This document shows, piece by piece, positions 47,034 through 58,020 of a DNA stretch of 64,000 nt. Positions within the stretch are counted from its first letter, which is position 1, and every line of letters starts with the position of its first letter. Below the pieces are notes generated by a model. That model ran no database searches and was not told the DNA's origin. It worked only from the letters and a program-made list of their open reading frames with translations. This DNA is from Phaeosaccion multiseriatum (lineage: Eukaryota > Protista > Ochrophyta, other classes), in assembly GCA_965112735.1 (NCBI GenBank), contig OZ218958.1, positions 3,100,001 to 3,164,000 on the forward strand, read 5' to 3'. The position numbers and the translations under genes are program-made.

Positions 47034-47235
47034 GTGGTAACCCTTGATATATTATACGGGATGGAACCCGTTTGCAAGCCCTGCTGCTAGGCTCTCCTTA
47101 TACCAAGATCACCGTTCTGACGTCCTCCTCCACTCAGAATCTACGTAATATAGGACACACCGACCATTGACTTATGGTCCTTCTCACTCTGAGGCCTTCC
47201 AACATCCCCAATGCCTATCCCGTAACCTTCCAACA
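47013..47235 (-). repeat. 5' LTR (223 bp, lacking the last 8 nt of U5)
   Basis: Appears identical to 41702-41924 and is fused directly to RT-coding sequence. Confidence 0.9.
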
Positions 47236-47309
47236 CGAAGGACGCATCGTTTGGTGGGAGGCAAGCACCATTTCCTCCCGTGTGTTCGTGTGGGACTTAT
47301 GACAGGCGA

Positions 47310-47452
47310 TCAGACTTGCACGAAGCCATCTGCCATCTGACTGTCTCCATCGTCGTCTTCCTCGTTGGCAGCTAGGGCCGGGTCTCCTATAGCACCACCA
47401 CCACCACCACCACCACCACCACCACCACCACCACCACCACCACCACCACCAC

Positions 47453-47506
<54 letters not shown>

Positions 47507-49095
47507 TGTTGTTGGCTTCTTGCGCCGAAGAGGGCAGTAAAACAAGTCCGGGCGGGAACGGGTTGAGGTCCGGCACGTTGATGTTGCTCATCCTGCAGAC
47601 CTTGTGGAGGAACTTGAAGAAGAAGCTCTGGAAGGAAACCACGCGGTCGCCGAAGCCCGGCGATGACTTCGATGCTGGCTTGGGATACTTCCTCCACAAT
47701 TCCACTCCCCTCTTTGGCCTCATCTGGTCTTCTTCTTTGTTGAAAGTACAGAGAAGTTGGTCTCCAAGTGAAAAGACCGGCAACCCCTGTTTGGAGGCGG
47801 CAACGAACATTCCGATGGACACAGCCAGCACAAGGAAGGGAGGGCGGGGTCAACATTGAAGGTGACGGAATCCGAATCATGCTTACTTGACTTACATAGA
47901 ATTGCGTGCTTGCAACGAGCTGTGTGAAGTCCGGAATAGACGCCAGCACTTGCAGACCTTCTGTAGGTACCATGTCGGCGAGCTGGGCATCCTCCCGAAG
48001 AAGCTGTGTTGCTTGCTGAAGCATCCCCTGGATTCGCTGTATCCAAAAGTTGAAATTGGCCGCCGGTGTCAGGCCCGAGTGTGTGTACCGCAGGATCGTG
48101 ATGCCCAAGATTTTGGGTTTTCCTGCATTTGTGATGCGGAAATCCTCCGGAATGGCCCGTGTATCGGCCGACATTCGGACCGCCCTGTCATGATCCGTCT
48201 TCCAGGACTTAATGAGACTCGGTAGACCAAAGAGGGCGTTGTAGCAGTAGAAGTCCGGAGAGCAGGGGAGGATGACAAAGTCGCTGTGCATGATAATGTG
48301 CCTGTTCATCCAACCAGTGGACGGATTGCAGTCTAGGACGACTACATCGGCCTTGACACTCTTGGCTGTGAGATCGATCAGATAGTTCCAGGCACCCGGG
48401 GCGTTCGTTTCAATATGGAATCCGGAGCCATACGCCAGTCCGACTTTCTCCTCGAATTTGATGATGCCTTCGTGACCAGGGAGAAGAAAGAGGGCACCGT
48501 CCTCGTGTCCCGAAGGCTCCCCGTTATGGATCATGATTTGGGTCACGTCTGCAGCTTGGATCCCGACGCCCGGAGTGCCACTCGCTTGCACCACCGGCTC
48601 AAGACAATCCCTTAAGTTGTTCTTTAGATTGAGATCCGTGCCACTCTTGTAGAACATGTTGAATCCAAGTCCGGTGAACTTGAAGGGCGGAGGATTTTGT
48701 TCACCGGCATGCTCAAGCGCCCACGCCTGTCGCTCCAGCTCCTCACAGTGGGTACGAAGAAGCATGAAGCTCAAATCGCACTGCGGGTCAGCATCCACTA
48801 AAAGGACGCGAAGTCCTTTAGATGCCAAACCTACGGCAAGGCCATGGGCCAACGTGGTCTTGGATGTACCGCCCTTGCGCTGATACATGGACATGATCTT
48901 GGCCTTGTGACCAGGGGGTCGATCAACATGTACTCCCTCCACCGGGTTCTGTACTGGGAACACTGCAGTTGCAGGTTGATCGCTTCGGGGGAAAACAAAC
49001 GTCTCGGCGCGCGGTGGAAAACCACCACCTGCACGACCAGGCTCCTCCAGCAGCTCTTGGATGTTCCTTACACCCCCATCTTGCATTGCCGCCAT
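47310..49095 (-). CDS. ParA/Soj/MinD-family ATPase (bacterial type) with one spliceosomal intron
   Basis: Deviant Walker A RKGGTSKTT, VLLVDADPQCDLS, VVLDCNPS, SDFVILPCSPDFY. Removing intron 47787-47895 (GTAAGT...CAG) gives IPDFTQLVASTQFY|GLPVFSL; stop at 47310. Confidence 0.85.
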
Positions 49096-51587
49096 GACAG
49101 CACAACTAGCCTGCTGAGGAAAGGAGGGGCACAGGAAACGTTGGAGCAGGCAAGTGAACTTGTTCTTGCTCTGAGGGAAGGGAGAACAAGCAACAAGGAG
49201 CGACAAGGAAATTTAGGCAGCATTGGCTGATAACAAACCTCCTCGTCCACTTCCTTCAACCTCTTCTTTCAAGCTTCGCCTCTCCCTGTCCCTGTGTGTG
49301 CTTGAGTTCTCTCTTTTGTTGCTGCGCTGACTTCCGCGGCATCTTTTTCTCCGGGGAGTTTCGTCAAGTTGGTTTCGTTGTCGGGACAACCAAAATGTAG
49401 ATGGAAGGATTCGCAAAGCGAAACGTTTAATTGACTTACTATTAGGGGTTTAAAGTTTAAAGTTGAATCTGTTAGAACGTAGGAGCTTGATAAGCTCATC
49501 TTCTACACTCCTTGCAGCTCCTGCAGACAACTGTCCAGTGTGGCGGCGTGGCCGGCTGCTCTATGAGCTACAAGGAATCTCTTTTGACGAAGTTCGAGCC
49601 GGAACAGCAGGGGGGGGGGAGCCGAACTGGGGAGGTACTGCGCGCGGCGGAGGACTCCAGCTGCTCAGTAATGGCGCGGTACGATGCAGGAACGTCGCGA
49701 CGACGCTTGGGACATGGCCGTTCTCCCCATTTCCGGCTGTGTGTACCATCTGCTGACTGCTGACTGTACTGTCGCTGACGCTCATGGTTTGGACCCCTAC
49801 TTCTCGTCTGTACTGCGAGTATGCAGACGCACTTGATGCAGTCTGCGACAGGGCTGTTTGAATACCTGTGGAGCGTGGCGAATGGAGACCGTGTGCCTTT
49901 GCCAGGGTCGTGATACGAGGCTAAGGACTTTTCGCGGCAGAGAAGGTGGAAGCAAGATAAAGAAGAGAAGAGAGAGGAAGAGAAAGGGTAGTGTTGCGCA
50001 GAGAAGGGCCAGGAGATTGACCATCGGGACGGGCATGTCAGCGCTACTGGTGGGCGTGGAGAATCCGCGCCGGACCAGGTCGTCGGCCGGGGGGGGCAGT
50101 GAGCTGGGATGGCGAAGAGAAATCGGCAGGAGGACGACGTAACAGGGGACCAAGCGCCTCGCGCGACCAGTGGAGGCCTCATAATACATTGTAATGCGAA
50201 AAATATCCAGTTGCTGTTCACGCCGTCCTCTGACTTGACCCTCTTGATAGGGGCCAAAGTATCACCCACTTCGGGTCGAATGAGCTCAACCACTATCGCG
50301 AGCTCGACCTTCCAAGCAAGAGCAAAATTGAAGTGGTGGGGTCCGTCAGCAGAAGCAATTAAACTGCACAAACAATACAGAGGGTGATGGCTTGCTTCTC
50401 CCGCTTGGCAGGCTCGCTCGCCTGCTGCCCCCTCCATCTCGCCCCCCGCTTCTCACTAAGAGGAGTGGGTATTCGAGGCGACAGACAGAGACACTTGCGC
50501 TTGAGCACGGAGGCCGTTGCCTAGGGGCGGTGTATGTCAGAGCTTATGATCTCGGAGTACGGGAATTGAAGCAACTGGAGAATGTGATGGTTAGGGGGAA
50601 GGCTAGGTGAGATGCTCGCATCGAAACGGCCCCTCGGCCTCATGGAACGAGAGTCAAGCTTCCGCCCGGCGAGAGGCCTTAGAGTACATAGGACACACAC
50701 GGAGAGTGAGGATCTTTGTACGCCTTGTCTCCCCATCGCCATCTTCATCTGGCTTCGCTCTTCGCTCTGAAGAACCGCGCGTACGTGCTTTGTGTCTCTC
50801 CCCATTCATTTCGGCTCCTCAAGTCGTCGTCTCCAGCTCTACTCCTCCCCTCTGTCTCCGGCACCAACCTCGCTCATCTTGCGCGGGACTTGTGGGGGGC
50901 CTTGCAAGAGCGCCTTGACGCCGACCTGACACCAGCAGCCACCAGCAGCAGTTCTGGTGACGTGTCTTACTACGATGGCTCAGGCACGTGGTACGGTGGC
51001 TCCAGTTCCAGTGTTGTGATGGATGGGAAAAGTCACCGCGACACGAACTGGCCCTTTTCAAATATCATCGGAGTAGTCATCAGTCAAGTATCAAGTTGAG
51101 GATCAAACAGGCCGCACACGTGGTCACGCAGTACGGGCGGAGGGAGGGGAGAGACCGGGGGGGGGGTGAGTCGGGCGGTGGCGGCAGAGGCAGCCGACGA
51201 GAGCCTCAGACCATGAAGCAAGGCCCAATATATAGCACTTCGAAGACTATGTAGGCAGATGAAGTCACGAAGGCAGGAAGAGCACCAGCGTACGAGCGTG
51301 ACGAGGGAGTTGGGAGGAGCTTCGAAAATTGGAATGCTTCGGGCGGGTGTGATCATTGATTTGATGCTGCCCACATGGTGCCCCAAAAGGAAAGCATTTG
51401 ATGGAGAAACGCGTCGCCGGGGCAAGCTCGGCAGGAGCGAGGGACTGCCCTCTCTACGACCACACAACAAAGAGGGCGAAGAGCCTAGGTACCCAAGGGG
51501 GAAGTGAGGATGGAGACTGGACAGATGGCAGAAGATCGGGGTTGGCTATCCCGCGCTACCACCATTGGCTGCCCTCGCCCCCCTTCC

Positions 51588-53740
51588 TCATGAGATGGCC
51601 TCCTCCATGGCCAGAAGCATGTCCAGGTCCTCCTCCTCCTCTCCTTCGTCAACTCGGACCCCCCCTCCCTGGCCAGGCAAGGGCTGTAGCGGCTGTTGCT
51701 GGCCTTGACCCGTGCCGCCGTGCTGCTGGGGTAAGAGCTGCTCCACACTGCTCACCACCCGCCCCAATGCTCCTCCTCCTCCTCCTCCTCCTCCTCCTCC
51801 TCCTCCTCCTCCTCCTCCTCCTCCTCCTCCTCCTCCTCCTCCTCCTCCTCCTCCTCCTCCTGCTGCTGCTGCGGCCTTCACCACCTCCCTCCACAGCGGA
51901 GACGTGGCCAGGGCAGACCGCTCTCCCACCACGACAAGGTGGTGCTTCGCCCTGAGGTCACAGATGGCGTAACAGCGCGACAAAGCACATGCGCATTCAG
52001 TGGCGGGATGAGTGAGTGAGTGAGTGAGTGAGTGAGCGAGTGAGTGAGTGCGTGAGTGCGTGAGTGAGTCAGTGAGTGAGTCAGTGTCAAGCGAGAACCT
52101 TTCTCTTCCCGAGCTCCAGCACTACAGAGAGAGCATCAGATCAGCATTGAGGCAGCGATCTTTCCCGGGCAGAGGAGGCTGTGGGCTTCAGCACACACCT
52201 GGAAATGGCCACATTCATCCTGTTTGGGTTCACGATGAAGCCCAAGCTGCTTGACGTTCGTGTGGCTTCTCCCGGGGGGTTTGTCGAGGACGGCACAAGG
52301 CAAAAGCACAGGCACAAGAGACGTACGTAAGCGTAAGGACGTAAGCGTAGGCAGAAGAGAGGCACAAATGTGGCTTCTGCTGGTCTCGCACACGCCCTCA
52401 TGCACTACACAGATACGCACCGCCCTACCCACCCACCCACCCACTCGCACGCACCCCCCCCCCCCCCCACCACCACCAAACACCCGCACACACAGCTCCA
52501 CGTACTTGCAAGTACAATGACGTCGCGCTCGGCACCCTGAAAGGCATCGACGGTGCTCAACTTGACCTCCTGTAGCTGTGGCTGAGCATGCACGTGGGCT
52601 GCCATCTCCTTCCGCACGAGGTGGCTCTGCGTCTTGTAGAGGCAAATCACCCCGATCTGTGCAGGGGAAAGGCCCGCACCACCGTTGCCATGCTGCACGC
52701 ACGCACGCACGCACGCACGCACGCGCAGCGCACATGGGGTTGCGTGATGCCATGGCAGACACCCAGTCACGCGTGAGAGGTTCGGGTCAGCGCTGCGTGT
52801 GAACGGAGTGGGAAGAGGTGCTACTATTCGTCTCCCTTGCTCCATCTCCCCCTCTCTCTCTCTCTCTGCTCTCCATATCTGCCTCTCCTCTCTCTGCCTG
52901 CGCCCCCTCACACGCCCCCCAACCTCCCTTCCTGCGGCCGCGTACCTGCAGCAATCGCCGCACCAGCGCTGCCACTGTGCGTGCCTCAAAGGCGTTGCTG
53001 ACGCTCCCTGAGGACGCATCTACACTCTCCTGCCCTCTCCCCGCAGTGTCCAGTAGCACCAGTGGGGGCGCCCCTCCGGGCAGGAGAGACGGCCTGTCTC
53101 CAGCGCCGATCCCGTCGCTGAGCCTATGTGTGTGTGCGTGCGTGAGGGTGATTTTGTGTGTGTGCGTGTGCGTGTGCGTGAGGGTGTGAAACCTGGGTAT
53201 GTGATTTATTCTTCTTGTACAAAACGTAAAAACAGGCGAGTGATTCATTCTCCGTTATGGAGAGGTTGCGTACGAGGCGGGTTGACAAATCAGGAAACAA
53301 GCAAAGCGCGTAGCGGACACACACACACACAGAGAGAGAGAGGGAGTAAAAAAGGGGTCTACTTTCCAACTCTCCACCTTCGCAGCTTGTCACACCACAT
53401 GCATCTCAGTCTCCTCACCTCCCTCCGTAGAAGAGCGAGTTGCTCAGAGCCGATAGCGCAGGGTGAGAGCGGTACTGACAGCCCAGCAGGAGGGGCTTCA
53501 GCGAGCCCCGAGCCCCAGCGAGGCGCAAGAACAAAGTCTTCTCCAGCGTGTCACGCGCACCGAAGCGCCGTTGCTTGTTGGCAGACAGCAGCGCCGTTTC
53601 GCGGAGGGGCAGTGGCAGCGGTTGTGATGGCGGGGGCTCTTTGCTTGTCATCTCTCGGGTGGCTCTAGCCTCTCCTCCTCCTCCTCCTCCTCCTCCTCCT
53701 CCTCCTCCTCCTCCTCCTCCTCCTCCTCCTCCTCCTCCTC

Positions 53741-53777
<37 letters not shown>

Positions 53778-53791
53778 TCCTCCTCCTCCTC

Positions 53792-53829
<38 letters not shown>

Positions 53830-55264
53830 CCACCATCCCCCACGCGACGACTCTGCTGCGTATCACCAACTGTGCTGCTTGCCCCGGCCATGCTGAGCAG
53901 GGTCCTACACACCGCCGCGGAATCGCCCCCCACCCCGCCGCCCCCTCCCCTTTCGCTCTTGGCGTTGGTGATGGTGTGGGCGTAGGCCAGGGTGGGTGGG
54001 AGTTGCATGGGATCGCCGACAAGCACGAGCCTCGACGCCTGGGCCATGGCTATGGGGAGGAGGGTCAGGGGCTCAATCTATAGGGGATGCACAGGGGAGA
54101 GGGAAAAGGGGAGGGAGGGGAGAGGGAGAGAGGGAGAGAGGGAGAGAGGACAGGAGGGACGGAAGAGGGGAGAGGGGGTGAGGCCAATCCCCGGGTAGTG
54201 GGTCGTACGCTTCGAGCGCTGTTCGATGGTTGGTTATGAAGTGCGCACCGCTGCCCCCCCCGATGCTAACAGCGCAGCTCTCACCTGCTGGCTGCACTCG
54301 TCGAGCACCAGTATTGGGTACCCGCCACCCCCACTCGTGCGCAACAGAGGCAGCGTGCTGGAAGCACACGTCACCCCCGTCACTCGGCTGCACCGGAGCA
54401 GATTGGCCTGGTGCTGCGCAAAGCGGGGGTCCTTTATCTTCGCCAGCAGCACCTCCAGCCCCTCCTCGCCTTCCCCTGAGCCTGGCCCCGACGCTGATGC
54501 TGACACGGGGGCTGAGGACGAGGAAGAGGGAGCTGTACGACCACTTCCACTGTCCTTGCCTTTGCCGCTGTTGTTGCTGCTGTTGCTGCTGCTGTTGCTG
54601 CTGCCGCCTCCCGTCATGAGACTCCGAAGCTCACGCTCCGCCGACGCCCTGACGTCTCCCGCGCTCCCACCTGCGCTGAAGGCCATCCACGGCAGCAGAG
54701 CCCTCGCCACACTCCGCACGCTTCCCACCCGACACAGCCGAGAGGCGTAGCCCTGACGCACCAGCCCGGTCAACACTCCGTCTACGGCAACGTTGGTGCT
54801 CGCACACACGAGGATGCGAGCCTCCTCCTCCCGCCTCTTGGGCCGCAGTCTGAGCGCCGCTCGAGCCTTGGCGTCCAGCTCCACGAGGGAGTCCACGAGG
54901 ATGCACAGAGCAACGAGAGTGTGCGATTTGCCGGCGCCGAACACGCCATGCACGAGGAGGACATCGTCTCGCTCACTGCCTCCTCCTCGCCCTCCTCCTC
55001 CTCCTCCTCCTCCTCCTCCTCCTCCTCCTCCTCCTCCTACCCCCCCTCCTCCTCCTTCTCCTCTTTCTTGCTGCTGCTCCTGATCCACGCAATGCTGTCC
55101 CTTCTGGCCTCGGCAAGTGAACCACAACGCCGCCCTCCTCAGCACGGCACTCTGACCCGTGTTGAGGCGGAAGCGCCCAATGATGCTCTCCAAGGCGGCG
55201 TCTCTCTCCGCCGTGGTCAAACTCAGGGTAAACACGCGGTCCCCCTCCCCCTCCTGTATCACCA

Positions 55265-55301
<37 letters not shown>

Positions 55302-57747
55302 CTCCATGCCATGCTGTAGGCCCACCTCTGGTCTCGACGCTCCCGCCAGCACAGTCCGCATGACCGGGACGGAGTGCAACCACCGGGCAGTGGTGCTGCC
55401 CTCGTCGCTGAGCATGCCACGGCTCCGTCCCATCAAGGCCGAGCCGCGGGGGGGCTGTGGTGAAGGTGGGGCAACCTCTTCCTCATCGTTCGCCCCTGTT
55501 CCACGGGGAATGTAGCCTTGGCGCAACAAATCCATCATGGCGAGTTCCGTCTTTAGAAAGGGAAGAGGGCAGACACAAGAAAGAGAAGGGGGGGCTGGGT
55601 GCCATGAGTTTTCGAGGAGGAAGAAGGGAAGGCTGGCTCAGTGGGACGCGTAGAAGGAGTACTTGGCACTATCTTCCTCTATCGCCGAGGAAAATGGGAA
55701 GGGCCATTCTTGAGGAGCTACGACAGAGGCAGAGGAAGCGTGCAGGGGCAGGCAAGACCCAAACACCCCCAAGAGCAAGCACGAAACTCAGAGCAAGTCT
55801 AAATCCGGCCCCTCCCCCTCCACCACCACCACCACCACCAAGACGTACCCTAGCGTTCAGCAGCCTCACCGCACAGCCGCTCTTCTTCCAGCCCCCTCGG
55901 CCACCACCCCCCTGCTGCTGCGCCCCTCCGCCCCTGAGCAGCACAGAGTCCGCCGGACCGTCGCACAAGAGCTCGACTCCGAGGAGCCCTTCTTTGGTGG
56001 GGGAGTGCCACAGCGATCGCACAAAGGTGGTGGCGCCCTCCTCCTCCTGCTGCTGCTGCCGCTGCCATGGACGGTGGTTGGGCGCTACCCCTCGCCTCCC
56101 TCCCACCCCGGCCCCACCGTCGCAGCAAGAGAAGCCGTCGCCACGCTCCCAGCTGAGCGCCCACACGTCTCCTGCAGCGTACCCGTTCGCGCGACTGTCC
56201 CGATGGTACTCCTTGTTCTCCTGGAAGTCGGGAATCTTCAGAAACAAGCGAGGCCGGTCCTTCCCGGTAGCAGCAGCTGCAGCGTCCTTATCTTGGTCGT
56301 CGTCCTCCTCTTGGTCCTCCTCTTGGTCCTCCCACCCTCGGCGCCTCTTCTTTCCCCACCCCGAGCTGCCCTTACTGCTCTTCTTGCCCTTCCACCTCCC
56401 ACCGCCCCATTCCCCGCTGCCTCCACCCCCGCCCTCGCGCTTGCCATTGGCTCGGAAGAGAACAATGTCAGCGTAAAAGTTCACCCCCCTCCTTCGTAGA
56501 AAGGCCTGTCGACCGCTGGCGTCCCGTAGCTGCCGCTGCTGCTGCCGCTGGCGCTGCTCCAAGGCGGCCTGGATGGCCTTCCTCCCCTGCCGCAACTTGG
56601 ACACTTGCTCATCCACCGCCAACTGCAACTCCTCTGTCAAGGCCACGGCGTACGAGAGGCGATAGGCGTCCAGCGAGGAGTAACTCTGAAGCAGGAGTGC
56701 ACGCCGTTCGGCCATGGGTTGCTGTTGTTGTTGTTGTTGTTGCTGCGGCTGCTGCGGCTGAAGGCCCGGTGGGCGCTCCTTCAGCGGAGTCTGCTGTGCC
56801 ACTTGCTGCGACACCGGTCCTTCGCCGCCCGGAGGAGAGAGAGGGGCGGGTGCAGGAGGAGGTCTAAGGCACAGGCGAAGTGGGGGCCGAAACGGGGCTC
56901 CTGAGACTGAGAACAGGGACGCGTTGGTCGACAGTCCGACGCCGCCCCCGTTCGGCCCCGCCGCAGCAGCAGGCGTAGCGTGACGAAGGGAGCGCTGGGG
57001 TGTAGGCGCATTGAAGCGAGAGCTGGAGCCCAGGCCAGAAGCGCGAGGCCTCGTAAAGCCCTTCCTGGGAGGAGGCTCCTGGTGGTTCTGCGACCCTTTT
57101 CCGAGAGCGGGGGGTGGCTGCTGGAATCCTGCTGCTGCCCCTGCTACTGCTCCACCTTGGCTTCCTCTTAACATCCCTATGGAAGTGGATGTAGCCGCGG
57201 GTGAAGAAGAGGCTGTGGCTGAGCGTTGAGGCGGTTTGAAGGCGCCCACACGTCGAAGCCCCACGGGCCGCGCCGCAGCGAAGGGAGCAGCGGAGGGGCG
57301 GGGCGTGGTCACTGCCGCCCTTCCCCTCGCTGGTGCTGCCAACAAGCCCCCACCTACTCCCGTTACCGTTGTTGCTGCTCCCCCTCCTCCTCCTGCTCCT
57401 GATCCTGCTGCTGCTGTTGCGTTGGGTGCTCCTGGGAGGGAGCTCGTGATCCCTGCGGCATCCACCTCGACGGTGTACCGGGCTAGCTTCAGGGTAACGT
57501 CAGAGGAAGCTCTTCTCTGTGAAGCTGCGATCAGATCTTGCACTTGCTCGGATGTGGCCTTCTCATCCTTGCCTCTGTACAGCTGAGCTCCGCTCTCTTC
57601 CAGCAGGGTCAGGCGGAAGGCCCCCCTTCCCTCTGCCCCTGCGATGGGGTCAAGTCGGAGCAGGCCGTCCGTCCACTTCTTCCTCTTCTTCGAGGCACTG
57701 TCCGTAGTGAATACACACTGAAAGTGGTGCTCCTGCTGCTGCTGCAT
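51588..57747 (-). CDS. ZGRF1: ZGRF1/Mte1-like protein: DUF2439 N-terminus + Upf1/DNA2-like SF1 helicase, multi-exon
   Basis: N-terminal FQCVFTT...KKRKKWTDGLL; helicase motifs LVHGVFGAGKS, CASTNVAVD, LDECSQQ|IEP, LVGDPMQLPP, QYRSHP, IGVICLYKTQ, STVDAFQGAERDVIV, RMNVAISR|AKHHL. Confidence 0.85.
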
Positions 57748-58020
57748 CCCTCCCGCCAACTCACAACTTTCAAACCTCTCTTACCACCCGGCCAAGAAGA
57801 CTAAAGACATTTCTCCCTCCTCCCCCGCGCTTCCCTCGACTCTTCCCCTCTTCAAACACGCCCCCAGATAGTAGCAAAGGAACCAGGAAGGCTGAAGCAA
57901 GGTAGATAACAGCACAGAAGGGAGAAAGAAGAAAAAAGGGTTTGGAGAACCAACACCAACACAAGTACTTCACAGATGGTGGGCATTTTGGCGCGTTAAT
58001 TTTTTTTTCCCTGCCAAAAA

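Larger units (their letters stand above)
41694..47235 (-). mobile_element. Chromodomain-bearing Ty3/gypsy LTR retrotransposon, internally deleted (no PBS/gag/protease), 4-bp TSD CGAA
   Basis: Outer termini TG...CA; CGAA at 41690-41693 and 47236-47239; LTR copies 41694-41924 and 47013-47235; pol order RT-RH-IN. Confidence 0.93.

Noticed and set aside
47215-49206. 663-aa ORF with a poly-Cys/poly-Trp tail
   Set aside because: The tail is the wrong frame after an unspliced intron; the spliced product ends in poly-Ala/Gly at 47310.
49400-51500. Coding-like fragments right of ParA, and the short ORF at 41086-41412
   Set aside because: Short, stop-interrupted and without recognisable motifs; may be decayed genes or TE remnants but cannot be called.
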